Positions 38,365-52,500 of a stretch of DNA of 64,000 nucleotides are shown here, one piece after another (position 1 is the first letter of the stretch; each line of letters begins with the position of its first letter). Both the position numbers and the translations under genes were made by a program. Location: positions 9,164,184 to 9,228,183 of the forward strand of contig OZ316895.1 of assembly GCA_973895155.1 (NCBI GenBank), in the 5' to 3' direction. This DNA is from Marsupella aquatica. Its lineage: Eukaryota > Plantae > Marchantiophyta. Below the pieces are notes generated by a model. It was not told the origin of the DNA, searched no databases, and worked only from the letters and a program-made list of their open reading frames with translations.

Positions 38365-40927
38365 ACACACATTTGGGTTGTTTCCACTTACCGCACAATA
38401 TTCCAAATTTATTTCCCACCTCTTGGTCGCTGAAAAGTAGCAGAAACTTTTATTGCAAATTTCTAAAAAGCGTCGACCAGGCACTTGACCACGTCCACAA
38501 CAACCACCAGAAACCCATACAAACAATGTTAACGAACTTTCAACTTCTTGTCAAAAAGTTAACAACACTAAGGAAAAAGGACGAGAATAACATGAAAATT
38601 CCCCAATAGGGGGAGTTTTTCTAACTACAAACCTAAACAAGGCTATAAGAGACCATTCCAAGGACAAAACCAACAATAGAGTCAACCAAATCAAACACAA
38701 GATAGTCAACCATACACTAGACAATTATCTGCAAAATGCAGAATGAGTAATCATTCAGATACTAATAATTGTAGAATCCTTAAATATCCTAGGGATCTTT
38801 ATACCAAAGGTTCCTCTAAGAAAAAACATTATGGAATGATCCAAGCTAGGAAAACCCCCATGGAACTTTTATGGAATCTTATGATCTATTCCACAATCTT
38901 GCTGATCAACCAGCAAACCTTGAGACGCACAAGTTAGTCACTCAGAAGTCACTCACATTACCAACTTTAGAACATAGTGCGAGTATTATTTACAGTGACA
39001 CTACACACTCTATACTTAGAGAAAAGATGCTTTTTCAAAACATCACTCTTTCTCATACATCTATAATGACCATCCATGGTCATAGTCAAATAAAAGAAGA
39101 ATATGGACCAGTCTCCTTGAGATTACCTCAAGGCACCAAAATCTATATAGTTTTTGATATATATGCCCTTAAGGACTAGACAATATACAACATCTGAGTT
39201 ACATTATTGAGGTCTTCCTCCAAAGACAAACTTCAATCAACATAGAAGAGAGAAATTAGAATGAATTCATACGGATTTTTTTGAAGGGATTGTTGTTGGA
39301 GAAGCTTCCTAAAACAAGGAGAGCAGTTAGAAATCTTTGAGGATTGAACAAACATCTTACCTCCAAAGACGATGAAACCATCATCCAGACCAATTGAGGA
39401 CCTGTCCACAAAGAATAAGAAAGACAAAGGAGCAATTGAACACGAAAGAAAAAATAAAAATCAATTGGGATTGAATGAACTCGAGCAGATTGAAACTATG
39501 ACTTCGGACTTCGCGCATCACACAATAGATCTGAACAACCACATCCAAACTTTGAAACAAGGCAGCAAAAATGTCGGGCAAACATTGACCTAAAACAACA
39601 ATTGCAAACCCTCTTTAAAATCACTTGTGTTCATCCATTGTCACCTACATACATTTTTACAAATACAACACCTACGCCTTACCTCCCCATGAGAGCTTTG
39701 GCAAGCTATCTAAACACGTTTCAACCATCAAAAGTTGATGGCACTTCTGAAAGCACGTCAAAAGTGGCTTAACCACCACGTACAAGACTTCACGTCAATG
39801 TCATCTATAACAATGAGTTAGTTAGAATAACTTCAACTCTTATTTTGAAGTGCGGAGAGCCAATTACTGATGTTGATCTCTTGAAAACACCCTCTCCATA
39901 TTCCACTCATTAAACATCATACTTGCAACCCAATATTGCAACATGAAATTTGTGCAATACTCTGAATTAATTTCCCATCTCTTGGTTGTTGAAAAACAAC
40001 AAGAACTCATATTGCAAAATTCTAAAAAGCGCCTACCAAAAACTTTACCTATCCCACAACAACCATTAGAAACCCATACAAACACTATTAATGAACATCT
40101 TGTCAAGGCATTAACGACCCTAAAGGACAAGGAAATTCCCACAATAGAAGGAGTTTATTTAACAATAGACCTAGACAAGGTCATAGGAGACCATTCCAAG
40201 AATGAAACCAACGACGGTTTTGTGAAAGATTTGGCATGATAGGTTGGTCAAACTATGCTAAGAAAGATTATACAACATTCTCAAGGGATACCACCCAATA
40301 TTTGTCATATTCCCACGCATTCACCATGCCCATCATGCTCTAGAGGCCAACTAATAAAAAAGTCTTTCATATCCAAATCAACAATACAAATATCTTGAGT
40401 TCATTCTTTTATTTCATACAAGTTGATATCTATGGACCGTTTAACCCACCCAATGGACAATTTAGATATTTTATGGTATTTAATAGATGAATCAATCAAG
40501 TGGTTGAATGTTACCTTACTCTCCATGAAACTTAGCTATACAATGCATGTATATTAGCCCGAATGTTGTGCATTAAAGCCCAATTTCTTGAGCACCCTAT
40601 CAAGACTCTGCATATAGATAATGGAGGGTTTACATCGTGATAGCAAACAACAAAACAATTCTTGTTATGAGGAAAAAAATTCCTATTACAAGCAAAATCC
40701 AAAATCCAAAATCCAAAAATGTGCTATTAAAAATGATATTTTCCAAAATATTTTAAAATATGATGTTTTTTTGCTAGCGCCAGGTGCTACTATTACTAGC
40801 TCCGGGCGCTACCCAAAAATATTGACAAAACAAAAAATATAATTTTGCTGTTACCAATAACTTTTATTGTTTTGCTGTTTGTTGTCGCGATGCTTATACC
40901 CTAGATAATGCAAGTAAATTCACTTCT
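38365..40927 (+). pseudogene. Two decayed plus-strand Bianca-like copia gag/PR/INT fragments
   Basis: SIIYSDTTHSILREK (PR), MKFVQYSELISHLLVVEKQQELILQNSKKR (gag), DIYGPFNPPNGQFRYFM and KTLHIDN (INT), homologous to copia A/B. Confidence 0.7.
40623..40901 (-). mobile_element. MITE 4 of the Mutator-like family
   Basis: GGAGGGTTTAC...GCTTATACCC; perfect 8-bp TSD TAGATAAT; palindromes at 40775 and 40797. Confidence 0.8.
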
Positions 40928-42647
40928 TGTTAACATACTAGTTAAGTCCTAACCTAACCATGACTAGGAGCATATATTGTACCCCTACCATTACATATGT
41001 AACACCACGTACAGGGAGAAGTTATTGGTAGCTGGAGTTTTCATACAACTTGTTATCATCACGCTACCAGCTTTGAGCAAGGCTATGGAAGATTGATCCT
41101 GGAAATTGGAAGCACTACCTCATAAAGAGATACGAGAAGCCAAAGATCAGATTAATCTCTGAGATTGAAGGAGAAGGAGAAAGATGAATCTGAATTGCGG
41201 CATCTCATAAAGACCAAAGGAAGTCCAAGCGATCAACCATAGGACTCAGGACGGAAGAAAAGGAACCCAATTAAAGCAATCCCAAGGCAAATCACTATGG
41301 GAGAATTAAATTTAAGAAAGAAAAAAAGATCAAGAGAATGAGGATCTAACATTCGTTCTTAGTCCAGCGCAAAGAAGAGAAAGAAGAGCAATTGCTCTCA
41401 CAAAATTTCACTTAGAAGAAATTAGAAATCCAAAGCATAACCAGATTTAGCGAGGCGCAACAGAAAGAAGAACAAACATGGCAGCCAGAACCCGATGCAC
41501 ATATTAAAAGCAATTCACAAGGAACGTGGACCACAATAAGGAAATAGAAACGACGACTTGATAGGAAGACTATTTAAAGAAGAAATAAAAGAGAAATCCA
41601 AACAAAAATAGAAGTGATAAATCAATTATGTATTGTTGAGGACTCGATCCCTGGAGGATTAAGAAGACTCACCACAAAGAGAAATCAACAACATGAAGAG
41701 GGGTAGCAGAAAGAGCAAAGAACAATAGTAACATAAAAAAGGATCGATCGATAGCCAGCAAATGTTGATCTCGTAGAAGGCTAAATAGAAAGAGAGGAAG
41801 AAATCAGAAACAACAAAGATGAAATAGTCAGGCAGCCAGACAAAATGATTAGAGATCACAAAAATTAATCTTGCAAAAGGACCAAAAGAGACACAACGGC
41901 GCACTAAGACTTGGGAGAGAAGGCTTAAGTTGTGAGAGATTATATATTTGAGATTAATTTGTTGCTGTAGCAGAGATCATTGAGCAACTTGAACCCAAAA
42001 TCTCACAACATTGAATCAAAAAACGTCGAGGAAATGACGAGAAACTATCACTAAGTGCACAACTCTCCTTAAGTGCAAAATCTGTCAAAGCAATTTTGAC
42101 TACAAAGAAAAAGTCGCACTTAACCAAAAACACATATTTAAGTTCAAACCTCTGTAAGTGCACAACCTATCAAAGAAATTTCCAGATACAAAGAGAAAAG
42201 TGCACTTAACTAGGAAAACTTCACATAACTGAATTCTATCCAAAACTACAACCTGCAACAAAGACAGGTTTGTAGGAATGTAAATGCCAATAACCGTGTA
42301 TAGAGTCTTGAATGGTGTGTACATATAATTGTGCCGGGTGACCAATTGGTCCGGTCAACGGGTAAAGTCGGGTAGAGTCTAACACTCCCCCTTGGATATA
42401 TAGTGACTACTATGTAGACAACATAGACTATATCTATCATATCATGTTCATAGGAAATACATGGTATGAGTACAAGCAAGGTAGACTGCCTCGTTAAAAA
42501 ACCTTTATCAACTCTAGCTATGTAAAAACTCTACCAGTGTAGCAGAGAAAAAGTATGAGTGCTAAAGGAAAAAGAGTGCAGCCTAACAGTCCTCATCATA
42601 ATAAATGTCAATACTATATGAAGTTAGATGCTATAGTAAATCTAGCT

Positions 42648-44165
42648 TCAAGATCTGTCTTGAGAGTAAGTCGTCAGTAGTATCAATCGTGGTATAGCAG
42701 CAGCCTCCACAGTCATCATGCGTTGCACGCTCCGTAGTCCAATCGCCTGGCGGTGTCGGTGATGAACGGCTGGCGAAAGTGATTTGGTGAAGAGATCCGC
42801 ACAGTTGTCTGCACTTGAAATCTGCAAAATGTTGATCTCTGTTCCATGTAACTCATGGGTGTAGAAAAACTTCAGAGCTATGTGCTTCACTCGATCGTCT
42901 TTGATGAATCCTTTCGTGATCTGCTGTATACATGTTGCGTTATCCTCAAAGATGTTAGTAGGCTTCGTTAGTGTTGGAAGGCCGCATTTGGTGTTGATGT
43001 GATTTATAAAAGATTGTAACCAAACGGCTTCACGACTAGCATCATGTAGAGCTAAAATCTCTGAGTGGTTCGATGAGGTTGCTGTTAGGGTTTGTTTCAC
43101 GCCTTTCCAGGAAAAAGCGGTACCCCCTATAGTAAAAGCATATCCGGTTTGGGATTTGGCGGTGTCAGTGTCGGAAAGATATCCGACATCCGCATATCCT
43201 GTGAGTTCATGGTTTGCACCAAATGGGTAAAATAACCCGGTATCAATGGTGCCATGCAGGTACCTAAATATGTGCTTAACTCCATTCCAGTGTTTGGCTG
43301 TGGGACTGGCACTGTGCCTAGCTAGTAGGTTAACTGCAAATGCAATGTCTGGTCGGGTCTGATTTGCTAAATACATTAATGCTCATATCGCAGAAGGATA
43401 CGGAGTTTCTGGTCCTAATATTGGTTCATGTTCTTCGCGCTTGCGAAAAATGTCAGTATTGTTTTCTAATGAACGTACCACCATTGGTGATGTCAATGAG
43501 TGTGCTAGGTTCATATTGAACTATTTTAGGATCTTTTCAGTTTGTGTTGTTTGATGGAGCATCATGCCAGTAGGTAAGATCTCCAATTGTAAGCCTAAGC
43601 AAAAGTTTGTATGTCCAAGGTCTTTCATCTCAAATGTTGATTTAAGATGAATAATAGTATCTTCTGTAATGTGGGGTGTCCCAAATATGTTTAAGTCATC
43701 GACATAAATAGAAACGATGACATATTCGTCATCCACATGTTTAATAAATAAACATTGGGTAATTGCATCATGGGAAAAACCCATGGCAATCATTTCATCA
43801 GTGAATCTTTGATACCATACTCTGCCACTTTGTTTCAGGCCATATAATGCCTTCAACACGCGGATAGCTAGTCCACGGCGAGTATTCCGTACGGTTGACA
43901 CAGGGGTGTCATTGTGATGAGTTATATGTGTAGATGACACATGAGGTGTAACTTGAGATAATTGTTTTATAATCTTATGTAAATATGGAATATGCAATGT
44001 AGCGCCTTGAGCTAAAGCTCGGCGATGTTGCTCCAACTCGGGAGGTGATCGCATGTATAGACAAGTGTCTAAAGTTCCATATAGGTATGCGGTCGCAACA
44101 TCTAGTTGTCGCATCTGAAGTTTATGGAAAATGGCAAATCCGACAAGGTATCGGAATGTTGTGTT
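42648..44165 (-). pseudogene. Copia B RT/RNase H portion
   Basis: MRQLDVATAYLYG, KALYGLKQSGRVW, SIYVDDLN, TRPDIAFAVNLL, GYADVGY, FEDNATC, ADLFTKSL. Confidence 0.92.
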
Positions 44166-44884
44166 GGGTATAGCAGTGGAGACAGGAAACAGGAAACAAT
44201 TTTCCTGTTACCAGGTAATTTCTCCTGGTAACAGGAAATTGTTATTGTAAAGGTGTACTATTTGGCAAATTTTTTCAAAAATTCACGTAAGGAACAACCA
44301 CATACTTAAGCTAAAAATATTCCTACTGGCATAAGACACGACGTCAGATATAAGGGAAAAGTGTGGTCACAGTTGCTCGGAGAGGTTCCAATCTATTGTC
44401 ACTTGCTCAGATTATAGATAAAAACGGGTTGTCATTTAATTCACTGCTGTTTATATACAACAACATTTCTAAACAGTCCACTTTTAAATGCTTCATTTAG
44501 TTCATATACTTCATTAGTGTGGTTAAAAAAAGGCTAACCATAATACCCATGGAGGAATGGAGTAAGCTCAGGCGGGACCCACCACAAATCCAGTTGTGGA
44601 TTGAATTATGTTATCAGAAACATAGGGGTCTGTCAGGCAGAGTGTGAAACTAGCGCCAGGCGCTAACAAAGGATTAAGTACGTAGAATAATGGGACGATA
44701 ATAAAAGCTTATGGAACCATCCAATGGCACTAACCACAAAAAACAAAATTTTATAAATAAGTTATTGACCAGCGCCCGACGCTAACCAAAACCACATAAA
44801 AACTAAAGTAATATCCGTTGACTAAAGACAAAACAACATAGTATCCGTTATGGAATACGACAGTTAAGGATAAATCGAGTCCCT

Positions 44885-47800
44885 CTATAAACCATTTGCG
44901 TTGTGCCTCTCCAACACAAGTCTGACTTCTCCAACTGTCAAAATCGGCTGGCTACACAAGGTAGACTTCTCTACATGAAACTTGAAGACATTTATGAACA
45001 CCCAGTACAAATGTTTACAGGGCATATACGGCTTGCCGCGGGAATGACGACGGAAGAAATCCTCACAGGAACAAGTAGGGAAGATGCACATTTGGACAAA
45101 GTAAGTGTTTGGCGATCGAAGGTTCTCGTGAGTCCGTATTCTGAATTGTTTCCCATAAGCAATTCCACTAATCACATCCCACTCTCCATCTAGAGTCATA
45201 GCTTCTTTTCGAGCCGACTCCATTCGTTTACTATGAGCCACAGTTAGATTAGAGCGAGGTCTAGAGTTCCTCCCATTCCTGCTACGAAGGCGCACGTTGG
45301 GCTCCGCAAAATTGATTTTCTCTGGAAATGTGTTAACATTGATTCTCAAGTCAAATGCAAATGGTGCAGTTCGAGTTTGAGAGGGCGCAGCTGTTTGGAC
45401 CATAGAGACTCCCTGCGCTTGAAGGTACTCTATCTCGCCAGGCGAAAGTTTTGTTCCTTTCACAACTGGCAGGATGTCCGGCACAGGAGGAAGGCGTTCA
45501 ACACCACGACGCGGGCGGCTCTTGTAGCATGTGCTGTTTGGGCAGAACCATATCATTTCGGCAATGGGAGTTCCTCTAAAAATGCGATGTCCGCTGACAA
45601 CAATGCCAACAACATCGGCAGCAGAATGGAACCCTATTTCCTTGACACGATTTTGACACTCATCTCTGTCAGAATTTCCATGCAAGGTCCCATTACACTG
45701 TGGCCCTGCCCCATATTTGGCCGTCCGTCTCAAATGCCAGCTTCCTCTTGGAACGTCCATTTCCAATGGAGCTGATTCTGTCGGCAAATGTTGAACCACA
45801 GTGGGGGCACTGCGTGGTTGTTGAGATGATGTTGTTTCCCTCGTGGCTTCAAGGGTGTTCGCAAGGGAATCGCTTTCACTTGTTGAAGTGTCACTCCCGC
45901 AGAGGTCTACTACAGGATCTACTACATTGGCGGGAATGGAAGTGAACTCAGTCTTGTTGAGATTCTTCCGTTTGAATCCTCAAGTATTTGGGGTAGTGAT
46001 GAGAATGGTGTCATGCCGATGGGAGTCTTGTGGCGAGACAATCCCAGTTGCAAGTCCCTTCCTCTTAACCAATTTGGTGATAATATCTCCATTCAGAGGA
46101 GAATTCCTACCCAGATCAAAATCGGCAGAGTTGGAAAGAATCATGTTAGTGGCTTCTTCGAATAACTTGGTGAACCTGCTTGCCGAACGGAATGCCAATT
46201 CCCAGATAGTTGGCCCCTTCCCTCTATTGAGTCCTTTCCGATATGCACTGTAACCTGCAACTTGAGATATAGCCCAATTTTGATCAACTTCGCATGCTTC
46301 AAAGAGGCCCACCATTTTTTTGGTTGCCCATGCTTTCATTGAAGCGTGCCTTGACTCAGAACCTGTACAGTTTGGAATGAGGGCACCTTCTTCTGCGCTT
46401 TTGCTCTGCAATGAAGTGGATCCAGACCAACTTTAGTCAATTTGTTTAAGCAGCGCCAGGCGCTAGCAATGTATATAATATACATTAATGTAATGTTGGT
46501 ATTATCAAGTGTTCATAAGTCATGAATGTGGCAAAGTTCTCTGTACAGTTTAAAGCAGCGCCAGGCGCTAGCATTGTGTATGATGTAATAATATAATGTT
46601 GGCATCTGTACAGTTAAAAGCGGCGCCAGGTGCTAGTAAAAAACATGGCAAAGTGACTATTGTAAGCATTGATAAAACTTACCACGCGAATGAAATTCCC
46701 CCACTGACGCCATCGAACGACCCACCATGATATCCAACTCTGCAACATCATCAATTTTCCTGGAACACAGTTGCCTGCTTGCCACCATAACACAATCTCC
46801 CTAGAAACTCGGTACGCAGCAACGAATGATGGAGCATTTTGCAATTTCTCCCACAGTCTTAGATGTTCAGGTTGCCTACCCTCGAGTACTCCCTTTGTGG
46901 AATGTCGATGGAAAGACTGGTAAAAGTGGAATGCATCGGAATGTTCACGTTCAGGGTCTGGGTGACCCCCAAAAAACACATTACGAACGGCAATCCATCC
47001 AGACTGAGCATTGTCGGCCATAAAACCTTGAATGGTAACCTCATGTAACCCATTTTCCTTACAAACCTCTATCATAATTCTCCATGCCTTCTCAAAGGAC
47101 TCTGTGTCTTCAGCTTTTAGTTCGCATGTGAATATTGTACAAAGAGCTTGAAAGTTGTGATCGTAAACGTGTGCGCTAAAAGTAAACCAGTCGGTTGTCA
47201 CTCGCTTCATGACATCAAAACTCACCCAAGCCCCTTCCAGTCTTCCGCCAGGTTGCATCTGACGTAAAAGATCTACACCAGATCCATGACCCTTGACTGA
47301 CATTTTGAATATGTGGGGACGATCTACTAAACAACCCTGACCCGGAAGAAGATACCTTTGGAGAAAAGAAATATTATTTGACCTTTGCATTCGAGCTAGG
47401 AAATCTAACTCACCACGACCAGCCTGGTCCATTCGAACGCTACGACAAAGGGACGCAAATTTCTGAGGAGTAGATAGAACCATGAGAGACTTCCAAATTT
47501 CGGTTTCTTCAATATCTACGATGTCGTCAACGTTCTCGCAAAGAGCTTTCACAAGCGAACCAGTCGCCGAATTCAAAATCCCAGCCGGTTTCGCAAGAGG
47601 ATTGGCTTCGTGATTTCTTTTTATTAAGTCCTCGGCCATCTTTTCAGCACTCCTGGAGAAAACTTTTCTACTCGGATGATTATGTTCACCTATATGTACC
47701 ACGAGCCGAGACATGTGACTATAGGTTTCTGTATCAAGTAGGACCTGTGGATACATATAGAACAAGCGAGCAGGGCAAGAGTCCACACAAAAAGGAATCT

Positions 47801-48704
47801 TTTCACAGTAGTGACATACTATACCACCCTCTTCAATGAGCGAACCCACCACATGCTGGCCACTAAGCTTAGGGGTACCAGCCCACGCTTTAGAATTGCA
47901 TCTCTTCTTTCGCAAAAAATATTCACAAGACTTGTTCCTGCACTCGACGAACCCAGTACAACTGACTTTACCAAACTCCCAGTGTTTTTTTGGTTGCACG
48001 TTTGCGGTCGTCGGAAAAATCCTGGTCCAAATGTAACAATCTTTGGCACGGTCCATGTCACGAAGTCTAGATCCTTTGGACTGCATTCCCACAATGGGAG
48101 GCAATTCAAATACAATATTTCCGTTGTACTTGTTTGGCAAACAAGGAACTTGATCGTGTCGAAAGTCCCCTACCGAGATAAATCTTGACAATTCACTATG
48201 GCCTGTGGCCTTGAGTAAGGCGTCCATTGCACTCCGCCGGTAAACCTTCTGGACATCTCCAGAAGTGGCCACCGGTTCACTCTTAAGGCAACTAGAGCTT
48301 GGAGCTTTGTGCTTCTCAGGAGGATTGGGCGCAACTTCCTCATCTTCACTCTCAGATATTTCAACAACCTGGGGCGGAATGTCCTGAACAACCGATTGAA
48401 GAGGGGTAGGTCTGACATGAAGCGTGTAACAAAGTCCTACATTCATGTGCCAGAAACATATTCCGTCATCCACATCAAATGCCGCAGCTGGTTCATGTCC
48501 TCCACCCGATGACTCCTCAGGAACAATCGACAGAATGTCATTGATTCTCGAATCGAATCTCCCGCACAGATAGTTCTCGCTTACTTGCCTGTAAGTATCA
48601 AAAACCTGCACGGGAACTTTGACGACTTCCCGGGTACAAGCACGTGTAATAACAATTGAGCGCGACATTGTAGATGAAAGAAGTTTAGGCGAGAAGTAAT
48701 TCAT
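44885..48704 (-). pseudogene. MULE-type DDE transposase with GCM/WRKY-like zinc domain and C-terminal SWIM finger; 2 exons, one nonsense codon
   Basis: Exons 48704-46683 and 46405-44885 (GTAAGT...TTGCAG intron, phase 0); TGA at 45980-45982 (likely from CGA). Motifs KVSCTGFVEC..CHYC..C..HIGEHNHP; VSFDVMKR; FMADNAQSGWIAVRNVF; SDAFH; GSESRHASMK; CSCEDF..PCKH. Confidence 0.85.
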
Positions 48705-49594
48705 GGAATAGCCCAATCCCAACCGTATTCCTTGTGCTTATAACACCCCTTCAAGGACCACCGGCCGTTGAAAGAGACGTTTCAATACGACATAGAACAC
48801 GCACAACTTTGCGTCTGTTGAAATCATAAATGATACATTTGTCGTTTTTGCCCGTCAAGTGCGGGTGTCAGGAATATTTATTACATGAATACGACTAGAT
48901 AGTAGTCTATACAAGTGCTTCCATTTCATTAGCGCCGGGCGCTACCTAAAAGCCATTGGAATAACAATGACATAATTTGAAAAGTATTCTGACTAGCGCC
49001 TGGCGCTAGCATAATTACACACAAAATATTGATGCAAATACAGTAAATTTTCACTAGCGCCAGGCGCTAGTATTGATACAATAAACTTAATCTCATAATA
49101 TTAAGTAAAGTTTGGTTACTACAGGTGAAACAGGTACATTTAGGAGTTTGTTGACAATATCTATTTCTTAAAAAGAACATAAATCAAATTATTCAAATGG
49201 CTAGCGCCGGGCGCTAGCATTTGTTCACCAATAAGTTCTTCAATTTGGTAGTCTCTTATTCGTTAGCGCCCGGCGCTGGCATTGCATGTTTGTCTGCAAG
49301 GTGCTGAGACAACAATAACTTTTAACGGTAACTAATATTCAACATGATTATCACGCAAACATTTTAGCGTGGTTCACATTAATACTTATCGCAATTTCTA
49401 AGTTGTCGCTTTCCGTCACTGATAAATTAAATTGAATCTTGTCGTTTGTAATGAGTAACGTCTCTCCAACCGATTACAAAGAGGGGAATAGCGCTCATTG
49501 ATCGGATATAATACGGACGCAACTGTTAATATGGTACGGAGAACTGGTAATTAGTCGTGAGGATTCCGTTCGTACACCTTTCATCGTAAAGACG

Positions 49595-52500
49595 ATGGAT
49601 GCAATCCCCTCCTTGTCGAGGGGGTATAGTGTGGTTGGGGATCAGGATCGTGGGTATTGCGAGTCTTCTGAGTCTTCATTCTCTGGTTTAGTGTATACGC
49701 GTCGAGTAACGAGGTCCACCGCATCGCTTGTTCCAATCTCAAGTATTTCGTTTGCCAAACCAGCGAGAGAGAAGATGGAGAATCTTGACACATTTGCGAT
49801 TCAAGATGTTTCATTTTCCGAGACGGATCTTATTTCGAAACATGTCATGTCGTTTGGGAAGGATTTCAGAGGGTTTGACAAAGAGCCTCCACGAATTCCA
49901 CTATGTCGATTGGTGCATATGGAGGTTGTCCGAACTCTACAAAAAGACAGTTCTTCCATCGACAAGCTAAAAGACTCTTTCTGTAGCATGGGATACAATT
50001 CTTTGATTGGAATGAGGTTTTACGTTCAGCCTACCAATGCTGAGGGAGCGCTTCTCACCTGTACTCAAGAAATTTGTGAGAGTTGGGATCCAATATGGAC
50101 ATCTGAGAACGAGAAATTTGAGGAAGAATGTGCTGCCGACCCAGATTTTCTAGTTTTGAAGGACAGAATGTTCTCAGTTTTTGACGAGAACCATAGGCTT
50201 TACTCGTGGACTCTTGTCACTCAAGAGAGTCCCAAAAACCCAAAGTACTACCCACGTGTGCTTTGTACTGTTTTCAATGGCGACAAGGGTTTGCTGATAG
50301 AAATCGAAGCGGCTATGCACACCGTTAACCAGTAAGATACCCTTTTGTGCAAAACTCCGTGAGTCATTATGAATTGTTCATTCTTTCTAGCATAACTTTC
50401 CGAGGCCATGTTTTGCGAGCGCCCGGCGCTGCTTATATGTTCTCATTTCGTTCTTTTATTTCAGGCTAGGACAAGCAGTTGTGGAACCCTCCTGGATCCT
50501 AGATGCCGATCGAATTAAGCGGATCTTGATGCACGACCTGGAGTACTATAATAAGCTCATCGACCCTGCAAATTACAAGAAGTTTGAGCAGATCAGGGTG
50601 AAGACGCGAAAAGGATCCTGGTACACAAAGAAGATGCCTCAGGAGGCTCTTTTGTACATTCTATGTCAGGATAAGATTAAGTCGTATTCGAACCAGTTCA
50701 AGATTGACATGGAGTCCGCTGCGGCCCTCGGTACCCCTTGGTCGGTCGAGGAGGTTTCCAAAAGGCATGCCGTTATGATGAAGGAAGCAACCAAGGAATG
50801 GGCAGTTAAGACCTCGAAAATCACTCCTTTGTTGAGTCCAGAGTTTGAGGACTTTCTATCTACGTGCGTAGAGATGTATGCTGTCACGGAGAGGAATAAG
50901 CGAGAGAAGAAGCCAGATACCGTGTTGTGTACCATGGACCGGGCCAGGCTTTTTACAGCTGTTTTGGCTCTTGACGCCAAGCTACAAAGTACTTTGCTTG
51001 TAGCACATTGCAATCCGGAGCTCCGGAGACAATTCTTCCATCCGAATAGCATCAATGATGATCCAGTCAAACAGTGGTGTCACACTTGGATTACATGGAA
51101 TAATGTAGAAGGGATTGCGGTGGGGATGTTGCAATGTGCTCTACGAGAGGTCCAACAAACCATTCCCGTGAATCGCTTACAAGATTGGGCATGTGAATCA
51201 TTCGAATCTCTCATTGAAATAGTTACGAATGATTTTAGGAAATATGGTGACTCTGTCAAGGGTAAGTTTTTAATACAATGTGGCCCTCGAAGTATCCTGA
51301 CAAAGAGGATTACTCTTTGAAGAACCAGAAGCGAGCAAAACGGTATCTCTACCGTTTTTACATCCACATGGAGGCTACCAATCCTGATTACTTCTGGGCG
51401 TATCCCGCCGCCTTCCTCAAGTGGACTGTCTTACCGGAGAGTAATTCTTTAGTTGAATTGTATTCTATGTATCCTACTGAGGGAATTTTCCCAGCAAGAC
51501 CTTTGAGTGAATGGGAGAGAACCCATTGTCCATGGTACCTGGATACAAATAGAGGGGACTCGCCCTTTGATCATAGAGAAAAGGATGCTTTCCATAAGCT
51601 ATCTAAGTCCCAGATCCCAGTCAACGTTGTTTCTAACATGAAGCAGGGGCTTTCGGATGATGTGGATAAATCCACAACAGAATTGCAAACAATATGCAAG
51701 ACAACAATTGTTCATGTTGACCGAAGCAGGAAGCCTCGCGCCAAAGCAAAAGCAGATACTACGGCCCCAAGTGAATCAACAAGATTTGGGAAAAACCGTA
51801 AGTATAATTTGTTTCCTTTGGTTAGCGCCCGGCGCTGCTATGGCAGTCAATATCTGTCACATTGTTAGCGCTCGGCGCTGCTATGGGAGTCCAAATCTGT
51901 TACATTGTTAGTGCCAGGCGCTGTTATGAGAGTCAACGTTTTAGAAACTGAATTGTATTTATTACTCGGAAAGATGTATATTTAAGGCCAAGTCTTATGA
52001 TAGTTTGGCCAGCGCTGGGCGTCAGCATTGTCGTTGTCTCTTTATTGACGGATATCACGTTGACATCCATTTGAACAGGAAGAAAGTCGGACGCCGTGGT
52101 GAGCGGAGATACAAAGATAGATGCCATCCCAGAGGCTTCAGAAGCCAATACCGGAGCACCATCCGATCCAATTACTCCCACCGACAAAGGGAAGGCGATC
52201 GCGCCGGTGGATGCTACCAGTACAAGGAAGAAGAGAAAAAGGACCATTGAAGGTGGATCTTCTTCTCGAGAAAGTGCTGCTGCTGTAGGTCTTCAACGCG
52301 AAGTCGGGGACTTCAAGAGTAGACTTTCAAGGCATTGCCTTGTTGAATCTAGCATCTCAAAATTCTACGACTCAACATTTAACAAAGGGGAGAAGCCTGA
52401 CTGGGTGAATGGTGTAGAGAAGTGGGGAAAGGATCTCATGAAGTCTGGCTTTCGAGAGAAGGGCATTGTGCGTGGTGGAAAGGAGAGATCGTTTGGGGTC

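Noticed and set aside
19587-42270. Numerous 60-110 aa ORFs in the ORF track as host genes
   Set aside because: They are low-complexity, antisense to TE genes, or fragments of decayed TEs; I could not support any host gene, tRNA or rRNA.
44885-48722. Zisupton/KDZ or hAT assignment because of the 8-bp TSD and SWIM
   Set aside because: The catalytic contexts (FMADN..AVRNVF, ES.H..K) look MULE-like; no hAT-type termini or KDZ-type motifs were recognised. A phylogeny is still needed.
51262-51280. GTAAGT at 51262 as an intron donor explaining the frame change
   Set aside because: There is no nearby acceptor, and restoring one T gives continuous KGKFFNTMWPSKYP, so a frameshift is simpler.
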